Part shown: piece after piece, positions 42,225 to 55,600 of the stretch | Layout of the letters: every line of letters begins with the position of its first letter | Numbering within the stretch: the first letter of the stretch is position 1 | Assembly: GCF_964204645.1 (NCBI RefSeq) | Contig: NC_134025.1 | Span: 22,486,299-22,550,298, forward strand | DNA length: 64,000 nucleotides | Direction of reading: 5' to 3' | Origin: Tubulanus polymorphus | Taxonomy: Eukaryota; Animalia; Nemertea | Translations under genes and position numbers: made by a program | The notes under the pieces: generated by a model | Database searches by the model: none | What the model saw: only the letters and a program-made list of their open reading frames with translations | Told to the model about the DNA's origin: nothing

Positions 42225-45200
42225 CTACACTTTGTGCTTTGAAGATCGCGACTTTGAGGAATAATGTACATGTAAATGTGAATGCGATGTATGGCAACCT
42301 TCCATTTTCAGATTTATCCCAGGAATGTTATATATAGAGGCGACTAAAAAAAAACAGCAACAAAAAACATGTCATCACTTAGAGGAAACTCACTAAAATT
42401 GGTTGAATCGATTAAATATCAAAAACTTACCATCTGGAATATCGAATACTTTTTGCGGAAGATCCTTGAAGTAGCTGTGAGCCATTGCATCTAGGGCAGA
42501 TATCCGCTTGTCTGGTTGAAGCTGAAAGAGTAACAAGAACTTAAGTCCCAATTGGGCTACAAAAGAAGGGGGCTCTTGTCCAGTGGGCTATTTTACTTAA
42601 ACCTTTACTTGGCACTAGCCCTTTCAACTGAATGTGATTCATGTTCCCTGCCTGGCACTTTATTCTGTACGGATATCTATAGAATTTACCTGAAGTAAAT
42701 CATTAGCTAGCAACTCTGCATAGGGAATCTCATGAAGTTTTGGAATGACATCAGTAAGTCGTTGCTTTCTATAACGAGTAAATTTATCTGAAATTCAAAA
42801 TGAAAATTGAAATAATCTATTTCAGAAGAGAAAGTACCATATATTTCAACTTATATACCTCGACTATAGTTTGGATATTGACTAACACCTTCCCACGTTT
42901 CCTCGGTCGGCATTCCGAGCACACGCCAAATACGATCGAGTTGATCAATGGCGTCTTTCATGCCTGGAAATGTCGCTACGCCCGAGATCATCTCCGTGAA
43001 AATACAACCAACACCCCTAAAAAAGATTATTGTGTGAAGAATATACTGTAGGCGGTTTATATTGGACAGAGTAATCAGGAGGGTACTAAGCGCTCAGATC
43101 CTCCATTTAAACTTTTCATTGCTGACTAATCAATACTCAAAAATGCTGGAGATAATCTCAAAATCTCAAAAATTTCACCCCGCTGTGTTAAATAACGAGC
43201 ATATTGCTATATCATGTCACTTCGCAGTTCAGTGCATTGTTCGTTACTAATATTTCACTATGTTTGACAGGTGCTGCCATCTTTCATTAGAGATAAAACT
43301 AATCACTAATAACATCAAAACACCGCGATGCGGGGTACTAGCAAAGTCAAACACTGATTCATACACCGTACTGCGGTGTAGATGCCCTGAAACTGTTAAC
43401 CCTTTCAGTGCGTCTACACCGCAGCGCGGTGTATGAATCGGTGATGGATTTTGCTAGTACACCGCAATGCGGTATATTGATGTAATTAGTAATTAGTTTT
43501 TATCTCTATTGAAAGATGGCAGCACCTGTCAAACATAGTGAAATATTAGTAAATAACGATATACCGCATTGTGGTGTAGACACATTAAAGTGGTGTGGCA
43601 CTACAACACACTGGGGTGGAATTTTTCAAAATTTTCAAATTATCTCCAGCACTATAGGGTATTGATTAGTCAGCACTGAAAGGGTTAATCTGTACCCTAA
43701 TAGTGGGTCTACGTCTGAACGTACCACATATCCAGTGAGGTAGAATAATCCGTAGATCCTAGTAATACATCTGGAGGTCGATACCATAACGTTACCACTT
43801 CATGGCTGTACGTATGGCTAGGTACAGATTTTGCTCGCGCAAGACCTTTGAAAGATATGGAAATAAATTTTCAAATCAGGTTAATGATTGATGAGAGAAA
43901 TTTTGTAGACATTTTCACAAGTTCAATACAATTCTATGCCTTTCAAACCTACCAAAGTCAGCCAGCTTCAATTCACCTATTTCACTTATCAAAAGATTTT
44001 GAGGTTTTAAATCCCTGAGAAAATAAAGATATAAACTAGATATGGGAACAGAAATGCATTTTTCAATAGGGTCTAAGATATGCATGTAGTAGTAGAACTT
44101 TCAGCATTTTGTATTCATAAAATATGGTACCTATGTAATATCCTTCTTTGATGGCAGTACGCTAACCCTCGAAGTAATTGAAAGAGAAATAACTGAAAAA
44201 AGACAAGTTACTTAAATCATCTAACAAATGCCATTTGAAGAAATCTCAACCATTCTAATAACAGGGTGGCCACTTTCCGTCAATTTACGAATTCCCTGAT
44301 TTTTCTATGTTATGACACAATGAGTGAATCTGAAGAATTATTGATTTGAAATATCAGAATTTATTCATTCTTTATGAATCATATAGTGATAAAGAAATCC
44401 GTGGTCAATATCGCATCCAAATTCCCTGAGATTTCCAGGTTTTTAGCAAAAATTGTCAAATTCCCTGAATTTTTTCAAGATATTCTGATTCCGAGTTTTC
44501 CAGATTTTTCTGGTCAGTGGCCGTCCTATTTACTTCATCAACGAATATCAAGCTACAAAATGGGTAATTCGACGATATCATTGATAAATATCTCTTACCT
44601 TTACATTGTATGGAACTAAACCACCAGTATGTTTTTCTAGGTATTGACTGAGATCAGTATGCTGAAAGTAAGAGAAGGATAATACTAGTTAGTTATGCGT
44701 TCAAAAATTCTCTAAAAGCCCTCCTTAAACTTTATATAACAATGTAGCAATCATTAGTTTGTTATACAGGTATACAAAATATATATGTAATAATAGATGT
44801 ACGAGTTGATGAAATAGATTAAAATGAATTTGAAATATACATACTACAAATTCAAAAACAAATGTCAATGTTTCTCTGGTATGTATGATGTCATGTAAAG
44901 TAACAATGTTCGCGTGTTTCAGGCCCTTCAATAGCGATGCTGAAAAGAAAAATCCAGACATCTATAGCAATTACAGCAAATAAAATTGAAATTTGATTTA
45001 TGGATTATACCAGATGTACATATATTGCCAATCTAGATGTAAGGAGTTTTAAAGGTGAAAATTTAACATTTTGAGGAAGTGTCTGTATCACTTCCATATC
45101 CTTATTACTGTAGACTCCTCCTAAATCGGCAATTGTACCGATTTAAGCATAGTTTACTTTACAAATACAAACTAGACAAAAATTCCTAATTGCTTATTTC

Positions 45201-48200
45201 CCAAAATTGAAGGAGTCTTAAAGGAGTTTTGGCCATTTTGCTCGAATTAAACGAGTACCTTTAAAAGCATTTTCTATTTAGGAGTTTTTAAGGAATCAAG
45301 GAGTCAAGGAATCAAGGAGTAGGGACCCTAGTTTAACAACGTTGTACATATCCTAATTAAATGTAAATGTACAGTATCAGACCCCTCTCATAAAACTTGG
45401 CTATGATCATGCCCAACATAAAAAATATCCAAGTTATGTTTCACTGTGTCACTCCAATGACATTCCACTAAGGCTTTACCTTCTCTAATAGCTGTAAATG
45501 GGGTACCTTCTTCTTCTTGCAATCGAATTTCTTTCAAAGCAACGATTTTGTTATTCAAGCTGGAATATGCAAATGTGTATGTAACAAGTTCCCGATATGA
45601 AATGTGACAATTTCTAACATTTGTCAGCACAAAAGATTTCAAGGTCAATTTTATCAATTCACGTCCTTTGTTGTATCACTGGAATTCGTAACATGAGAGA
45701 GAACAGATCAAATATAGAGTTGCAAAGCAGCGGTAATGGGTCTTCTGCATTAAATTCTTTAATTGGGAGCAATAAATCCTTATCAAATTGATTTTTCTGA
45801 ATCATAGTCCAAAGGCCACCCTATAATTACAGGATTCTATTGATGCTGCCATCTATCTGGTAAGCACAGGCCACAATTCACCACAGTCATGGTGGACAAT
45901 CATTTACCGCCAAATTTACGATTTTTTTTTACACCACACGGCAAATTTATAGCTATAAAATGCACAAATTTGGCAGTTTCAATTTTTAGCTATCTCTTGA
46001 ATAACACAGCGACATTTTTTGCTATGCTTAGAACTTCCAAGAGGCCCTACCCCATGAATGCAGACCAAATCAAGTGCTACTATCTATCCATAAAGGCAAG
46101 AACATACCACGATTCACCACAATGGCAGGTACAGCCAAATTTACAGAGTTTAACAGCAACTTTCGAGTGATTTGCAAAAATTTGGTTGCAGAACTAATAC
46201 CGTAGATAATTCATGTCTGAATATTGATAGAATGTTTTTGTCTCGTTTTAGAGTAAAGTACACTTAGTAATAGAATCTTTGAAACAGGAGGTAAAATGTG
46301 TAATAATAACAATCAAGGGAATAAGAAGGCTTTCCTATGAAGTAGCAGGTACCGTAATCCCTAAATGACAATGAGAAAAGGTTCTAAGATAGAATAAACC
46401 GTTGAAGAGTCGATTCTCTACTAGAGTCTAATCCGATTAAGACCAAGTTTTGAAAGGTTAACTTGACAGTTCGACTTCAAACTAAAGAACTGCGAAAGCT
46501 AGTAGGCCTACAGGCTCTCAGTTCAACATGATAACACCTCAAAGGCGAATGAAGAAGGAAATGCAGGACGTGCTGTCAAAGAGCGTATATACAGATGCTC
46601 GAGGACACCTCTGGCGAGAAAAAGCCAACTGTTCATCTTTTATGGCCAACCTCGATAACGTTGTATGGACATTAAATCAATATACATACTTGCTACGACC
46701 TTTATACACCGTGGCATATGAGCCTTCGCCGAGCTGCTCTAATTTCTGATAGGCATTTGCTTTCCCAAACGGAGAATCTCCCTGAAAGTAGAATTGCGAA
46801 AACAAAAAATAATCTAGGAAAGTTTTACTTCGAGAATTAGGGCTGAAAAAAGAACTCGATTTCAAATGGAAGAATTACCCTTTGAAAAAACTGAAAATGA
46901 AAATAAAAAGTACACCAACTGCGTTCAACAAGTGAAAATGGACACAGCCTTTCGGAATCACAGTATCAGACATGATATCAGGTATGAACAGTAGGACTCC
47001 TATGTTCATGGCTTATACGAGAAATAATGGAAAAATTTTAATATACAAAGTTTCATGTACCAATACATATTATGGCAAACACGAAAGTTCTTGTTAAGAA
47101 GAAAATAATACACCACTGAATATAAAACCCATGATTATCATTTGAATAGAAATCTCTCTGTAAGATATCAGCTTCTATCGACTTTCTTATTCTAGTAAAA
47201 CAAGTTGATTGAAACGAAATTTCTCTTCAATTTCAATTTTTGGAATTTCAATTCATCATCGACTGCTCATCTTACCTTTTTTCTGTGACAACGACGACAA
47301 CAGCAACAACAACTTTGACATATACACTTCCGAAACATAATTCCGGGAAAACAGTTAAGTAACGTACGGAGCGTGCGCGCTATTCGGTATGCATTACACC
47401 TCGCAATATCAGCTACATGATGCCAACCGGTAACATACATACAACACCCTTTTCAACCGACTCTAAAGTAGTTTTAATACCAGTGACATGAACGAGTCGC
47501 TCTTTGTCAGACGATTATCTCAGACAGGAATGAAACGAAGCGCAGATACATTTATTCTATTGCCAGTCTCAATAATGCTCACGATCATACTTAACCCGAT
47601 ATATGTTTAAGACTTTAAGAGCGTTGCAGATGTAGCAAACGAGTTTCCGGCGTATTCTCGAGTATCATCGTTTAAATCGGACAATTCTTTCTCTCTCAAC
47701 TAGTTGACTACGCCGCGATGATGATGATATGCAAATGGTTTATATGCAACAACAACGGAAAAAATCCAAAATTGATGTTCGCCTCGGTGCAAAATGCTCG
47801 CAAATATCAATCTCATGATAGTGCCTTGTCTAAAGCGTCCATCTCAATTCCTATAAGATTTTTATACGAGCTTGTGACACCTCTCTTAGCATCATCCACT
47901 CACGTTATAAGTTAACCTTCCAGACCGGTTTTAACTTTAAGACAGCAGTTTTTAGCTAAATCTACTAACAGTTCAATTCAACCTTAGGGTAATTTAACCA
48001 TAAGGCAATTCAGTTAAGGTTGATAGAACTACTTACACTACAGAGGTGAAAAATAGTTGGTAATAATTGTTGACAATAGTTGATAGAACTACCACCTCCG
48101 TGATTGATCACAGGTTAAGTTAAATCTGGTCAAAGAAACTGTCGAGATGCCGAGATGCCTTGCTCACCATTCAGCTGCCTGAGCTTATATATATCATCTA

Positions 48201-49586
48201 TTAACTTCCGAGCAAATTTCCTGATTCAGACAGTCGAAAATATATATCCGCCGCTGGTTGGTGGACATCGAATGCACAAAAAATTCATTTATTGTTAATA
48301 AATACCATTCATTCGACGATGCGACTAATTGAAAAATTGGCCGCGGCCATTTCCGCGATGTTCAACATCAGCGAATAGCTTAATTTGAATTGATGGCTCT
48401 CGTGGGGATGATTTCACATACCAGATGTCGACTAACAGTTACTTGCTACCGCATTGCAATGATCTTGTATAAGTTGTCATCGTCGTCGTTAAATGATTGC
48501 ATTGGTAAAAATCCATTAATTCATAAAAATGTCATATTTTTTCCTACCGACTGTCGGCCTCCTATTTAGGATACCCAGCATAGGCACACGCTTTTCGATA
48601 TTTAACTTGCCGCAAAGCTTTAAAAAGTTACGATACATTCTATTCACTGATGAAATTCGATTTCAGATAGCCACGTAATTAGTCACCATCGACACTTACC
48701 CTGAAACCCTAATTTTCATTTTGGTGAAACGCCATATTTTCCACCCACTAACGTTGATAGTATTCTAGCTTCAGGATATACAGTCACATTGGATCACAAT
48801 TCTAAAGTCATCTCCTTTTTTTAATCTCAATTTTTATAACCAATTCAATTTACAATGTGCAGTGTTCTCCACAACAGGTTTTAGAGGGAGCAGCCACCCC
48901 CTTTCTTTTCACATCCATCTCTCTGAAAATCATCCACCCATTATGAAATATCTGCTGCCCTACCGGAGTGGATTTAGTATTCCATCGATGCTGATAATTG
49001 CTTTGAATTGACAATACATTTTCTGTATTTTTGGGGGGATCGAAAGCCCTACTCCTTCAGCAGCCACGATGTCATACACTTAACAAAAGAATGAGCCTTT
49101 TTAAAATGCCAGCATATGGAGAACACTGTATGTTGTAAGTCATTGGGATACGTCATCTGTATTACAGTCCTCTGTTGCAAACTACACTTACCGGCACAAA
49201 AACCCCAGGGCTCAGTTTCATAGACTGGTATTAACTTTAACCCGGGGCCGGGTTAATTCAATTGAAAATGATGAATTGAGTTAGCCCCGAGTTAAAGTTG
49301 ATACCAGTCTATAAAAAACTGGCCCCCGGTTCATTTCACTCGAATACTAACCGACGACGCAATTCGTCGTTTGCTCAGTAAACTTACCCCGAAACTTAGC
49401 GTTCGTTTCGGCGAGAAACGCTCGTAGCACCCTTCCGATTTCGGCCGACGAGGCACGTCGGCTTTCATACTGGCATCCACCTCGTAGTCTATATGGCTCA
49501 GTAGCATGTCGCCGGTGGAGTAATGTCGTTTCACCGGAGTGTGTTTATTACTTAGATAATCTACAACGACAAAGTGAGAACATAAT

Positions 49587-49621
<35 letters not shown>

Positions 49622-52600
49622 CAACCGAAATGAGAAAATATTGAGAGAATATTTTAAAGCACATTACCATCTGCTTCGGTAGATATAAGCAGATGGATCA
49701 ATGTCCGAGTATAATCCCGTCAAAGAAGAGAAAGATAATAATATATCCTACATCAAATGTATACAAAAAGCCTTCAATATTTCAAGAACCCGATTCGTAT
49801 TGCGATTAGTTCTATGCGGCAGTTGTCGATGTATTAAGTGACTGAACAACATTCTCATTAAAATACAAATCGATTTTTCTCCGATCAAATCGCGCTTAAT
49901 ATGCCGATCCTATGCTTAAAAAGTCTATCCGATCACGAGACATAAGGTTAATCCGGCCGGAGAGCTTTAACTCTTTGGCACGTGAGACGCCGCAGCCGCT
50001 GCCGTGTATCGAGATCCTGGCGTCGAAGTTTACGCGCTAATTAATTATGAATTATTCTACGGTTAATCGATCTCGTAAGGTGCAAACAAGCCAGGGGTGG
50101 ATCTAGGAAAATTGGAAGGCAGAGGTCCAGAAGAAAGGAAAAGGCAATTTCTGAAAGGATGGGCATCAAATTTGCGGGTTTTAACAATCTATGAATTGAC
50201 AAAAAGGGCAACCTCAATGGGAAGACAGGGGTCCGACCCCCGACACCACCCCCTAAATCCGCCCCTGAAAGCAATAGCTTACATCAGCCTATTCATTCGT
50301 AAATAGGATGAACAAGTTCGGGGCGTTATTGTCTGTATTTCACAATAGTCTCACACGTATTAGACATACGGCTCCGATGATTAATAACATCCCCTCCCTC
50401 GATCGATATAGGCTAAGTGAAAATTATAATCTATTCATAAAAAGCAATGCGCATAGACAAGAGAAGAATACAATCACTGGTATGATACTGTATGGGAGAA
50501 ATATCCACGCCGCGCGCACGCTAATGGAAATTACGTATAAAGAAATACGGCCAATTTTGAGTAAACAAAAACGTTCTAGAAACTGCATCATCATCAGTCG
50601 CGCGCGCTGGTTTATGATTTCCCGAATGGGAACCAGCAATGTGCTTCGATTGATTTCGAGAAAACATACAATATCTAGGATCCGAATCAGGGAGTGGTGC
50701 ACCCCAAAATAGGTCATATCATAGGCCTAATTAGAAAGGCACCCCCCCCCCCGAAAAAAAGCTAATCGGAAAATATACAGAGAAAGCTTATGAATTTTGA
50801 CTTTTTCAGGTATCAGTTAATTTCCTTTAGCTGAAAAATCTCTGGGCAACTTGATACTTAGGGGGGAGAGTGTACACCCCTGCACCCTCCCCTGTATATA
50901 TATATATCTATATATACCGTATACATAGTAGCAAATGAATATGCAACTGCGATATAATCTGAACGTAATCTTATCACCTCTTACCTGGCATCTTATCAAG
51001 TTTATCCAGTCCCTCTCCCTGGCTGACGATGCCGTCATTATGGCAGGCGACGGCGGCGTGTTGCCGAACGCCATTCTGGTCGATAAATAAATCATCCTTC
51101 GTCACGTTGTTCGCCGATGCGGCCGTCATCGTCGCGCCGTTAGGCCCCGGTATTTCATCGCTCTAAAAATATATATATATATATATATGTACAATACCGG
51201 GTATCCCGCTAATAATATCTATATATATATATATATATATATAAGAGGCTAGGACAAATTCTTTGCAAGGTATAGGTTCAAAATTGGTGGTAGTTAAAAA
51301 TCTGATTACAGAATAGTTAGTTTCATGAACAGACTGCACGAGGTGCCACGTCTCGGTGGGATGGCAGATATGCCTGAAGATGATCTTGGTATATGCATGG
51401 AGAAGTGTAAACTGTTTACATTTCTGTGGTCTATGGTACAGTGTCCAAATGTGTGAACTGGGTTTGTACTTCACTGCAGGAGATAGGTAACGGCGAGGGG
51501 TCTGAAACAGTAATAATATTAACCTGTCTCAGTGACATATGCATTCTTTCTCTTTGAATTTATTTTTCTTTGTACGAAATTACGACTTTCATATGGGTAG
51601 CCTTTGAAATAGTAGGTTTCGATATTTTTAGAATCTATTTCACGCCAATGGGACCATACTTTTCGTTATGTCAGTGCGCATACCATGCATCCACCGACTG
51701 GTAGCCCCGGGAATATCATTTATAAAAAAGTATAATTTCCTTTGGCAAATATTAGAAACAAGTGAAACTATATTGCCTTCGGTTATCTAAATGACCTTAG
51801 ATATTTGAGCAATGTAGTTCAATGTAATTGGTACCAAAAAGAACTATACCCATGGAATCAAACCCCTCAGCGGAGAAACTTGATAACAATACAAATTCAA
51901 CTGATTCCACGAAGTCCGATTGCAGGCCCAGAAAGGCAGGAAAAATGTAATTCTGCATACCTGTTAACCCGTATGCTTTCCCCATATATTGTACGGGAAA
52001 TTAAGATTTTTTTTCCAGGTACGGCCAGTCCCGTAGTCAGGGCCCTCCAAGTGGGGTGCGATATAAACTACAAGTGGACCTAAACCACAGCGTTCGCACC
52101 CGACGCATCCCAACCCTGGCTACAGGCCTGACAGTGTATACAGGAATAATTATATGGGAGATAATAAGATTTAGTATATATGGAATTTGGAAAAAATTAG
52201 AAGAGGGTTGCTGAAAATATATGATTTTCCACAAAGGAGCCTGGAGAATATAGGCGTTATTATAGGCCCACATAATTCAAATTTTCAAATTAATCACGGA
52301 ACTGTAAGTGAAAGTCTGATATTTACATAGTGTTCAATCGATTATCAATATTTTGTAAAGTTTTACAAAAGGTTTTACGAATTATTTCATACTAGGGCTA
52401 CCCCGTATTCAGAAGGAGAAGGGGCTCATCTCAGAATTAATGAAAAGACAATTATTTCCAGGGCAACGGATCCAGGGATGCACTTTAAGTATGTGCACCA
52501 TCTCTCAATCTCTTGATTTCTGGTTTCCCTTGGTAGAAGTGTGAAATCGCTAATCAATTTACGAGTTGAAAAAGTAATGCACTCAAACTGTGCCCAAGAT

Positions 52601-55600
52601 GTGTCCCAGGCGCATATTCAAAGGAACTTTAGGGGGAACTCCTCGACCCAACACTTCGCTGTGAGCACAGCTGTATCTGAAATCCTGAATCCGCCACTGA
52701 CAATAATTTCGCATACCTCCTGTGAAGTACTCTGGTAGCTATAGCGCGTATCTAACCCGTCCTGTGGACGGGTATTTTGCTAGTATGATATATCGATGGT
52801 GACTAAGTCGCGTAGATGAGAAAGTGATGAACGATCGATTGCGTTCAAAAAGCCCTCGCGTCGGCTTAGAAACATACGGGCCACGCGCACATGTTTGTAC
52901 GTACGATCCGTAATTGATCTCCGCGCGGGCATCGAGTCTGGTCGCAAGCGGATTCGAACGCGATGGGACGGGCTTATAAGCCGACGGGAGGGCCTTCATA
53001 CGCGATCATTCGTCAGTCGATGGCTACGGCTTATCATCGAAGGTTAAACCATCGATTTCAATATAATTACATCGGATAGTGTCGAGTGGTGCGACTACTT
53101 TGCAGAAGTGGCCGATACCGATAGTTATATCGAGCTCATTATGTTCGTACGAATACGCAATAGATTAGTGTTAATGAATAACGGGCGAATTCAATCGAAT
53201 GTTATATTGGTAATAGATATTTAATCGAAAACCGCAGGATGTTTCCGATGAAAGTGAAAACGCTTCGTTTTCTCACGAAAAATCATTAAACACCTCTCGT
53301 ACGGCGACCAATTTGTAGAAGATTTCTGCTAGACCATGCTGGATTACGTCGAAGCCTAACAAGAGCATTTATAGATACTAATAAGATTCATGAGAAAATT
53401 CAAATGAGCGCACGACCGACCTTTTGAAGGCGTAGGTCTAGCCATCCTTACTCGGCAGGGATTCAAACCTGATGGTACCGAAACCCTACCACACTAGACC
53501 GAGTGCGCAGCTACATGAGGGGTTTAGATGATGTTATTATTAGCCAATCAGATATCCCATTTTATTTCGGCCCGGGTCTTTTCATTTTAAGTTTTTCCAT
53601 GAAATTTGCCTCGGCCATTATATCATAATATTCTAATCGGCAGAAGAGTCATGTGAAAAACTTTCATCTCACCTCATTGTCATTTTCTTGAATTGCATCC
53701 TCTTTCGTAAAAGCTGAAACAGACGTAGCAAAGTGATAATAATGGATATATGACCTATACCAGGAAAATCATTGTCAATGGTCACTCTAAATCATATTAA
53801 AAATCTCAGTCCTAAATATCAGTTCTAAACCAATTAACAAATCCCCTGAGTATTCCTTGATTTTTCCATGTGATCATACAAAATTCTCTCGAGTGAATTC
53901 CAAGCGGTCAAAAGCATTATCCGAGTTTCCCAGGTTTTTGGTAAAATCTGTCAAATTCCCTGAGTTTTCCCTGATTTCTTTTGGATTATTCTGATTCACT
54001 GAAGTTTTCAGTTTTCCCAGGTCAGTGGCCACCCTGTCTTTTGCATTTTGAAAAAACCTACAATTTTCGATATGGTAGGCAGGTGGTGGTTGTGTACGTA
54101 CTTATAAGGAGCTCATTAGCTCAGTTCAGTGAGTTGCACTTTGAGAAAACCTACAATTTTCGACAGGGCAGGCAGGTGGTGGTTGTGTTCGTACTTATAG
54201 GGAGCTTGGTTCAGTGAGAAAAACGTTAGCCTATAGGCCTATATTTATTGGGTCCCTGCATTAAAAGCAGAGCCCACGTGGAAAGCGCCCTACTGTAATT
54301 TTTCTGCCTTTTTAAATGTTGATTTTTGCTGATTTTGTATTACTGCTTCATTATGAAATGAATATCTACCCATCTATGAACAGTTGCCAGATAGTTTTGC
54401 ACATTGTTCAAAGTTTTGAATATTTTCTAATGCCCGAGGCATGGGATTTGAATATTCAAACATATTTGTCTATTCGCGAAAGCGTCATATTTCGCGTGTA
54501 ACTACGTTCTTAAAAGAAAACGCTGATGGTTTTTTCTTTTTAAAAATGACATCAAATACGCGTTAAGTAAGGTATGTAAAATATTCATGATTCATCATTA
54601 ACAAGTATATGTACACGAAGCCACTATTAATAATCTGTACGAATAAATAAGCGCTGGTAAAAATTAGTTATCCCTTAAACCATACGGAGTGCAGGTCCTA
54701 AACCATACCGGTTGCGTACTTAGTTATTACAAAGGCGATAACACGAAAACATAATTATGGAAAATGTAGACTCAACAATAATCGCTACATGAAATATCTT
54801 AGAAGTATAGGCCTACACGACAAAATATGATATCGACTCCTCTTTTTGTGAGAGCCAACGAGCTGATCTAAGTTGGCAGGCGCGATATGATTACGCCAAC
54901 GCAATTTGATAAGAAACCTATCTAGAAATAACCACTTCAGTAATGTATACTTAATCAAGAGTTAAAATTTTGATCTTATCGGGACGTTATCTCGCATCTA
55001 TTTAAACTTCACTTGTAAATCAACATACGTAGAAAAGAATTTTGTAATCTTGTAATTCTTTCAAACCATCTGAATAACTCGACCAAACAAAATAATCTGG
55101 ATTAAGCATTTTACTAATTGACAAATGATAGATGCAAGATATATAAGATTACCCCTGGTACCAAATTCTGGTTATCAAGTCGATAAAAATGTTTCAAACT
55201 AATCATTTGCTATCGATGATTAGCTTTTAGCCGTACAGTAATTAGAAAACAAATACACTTGTCTTATTTCAGCCTACTTACATAATCGACCAAAACTTGC
55301 CGATATTCTTCTCTTAATCTTCTTTATTTTGCTGATGGAAGTCTTTTCTTTAACTGCAATAAACAAAGTAATTCTATATAAAGGGTTGTTTCAATAAACA
55401 CGCACATAACTTCCAAAAGATTGAAATAAAGCTTTGTTTACTGGTGAAAATCAGGAAACTGAACTGGTACCACAATTATGAGTTTAACTTGACTCCAGGC
55501 TTAAAGCATGGAATATAAAGTAATTTCGATTTACTTTTTTTAAAGTTACTACTGTGGAACTGGGTCCATTTTTGAAAAGAAAAGAAGCACTCAGCCTATC

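Noticed and set aside
48700-49747. Extra CDK14 exons suggested by minus-strand donors at 48700, 49192 and 49668
   Set aside because: None yields an open frame phase-compatible with the neighbouring exons.
50308-50717. Overlapping 134-aa and 97-aa ORFs in a CDK14 intron
   Set aside because: No recognisable domain or usable splice sites; chance ORFs or regulatory DNA.
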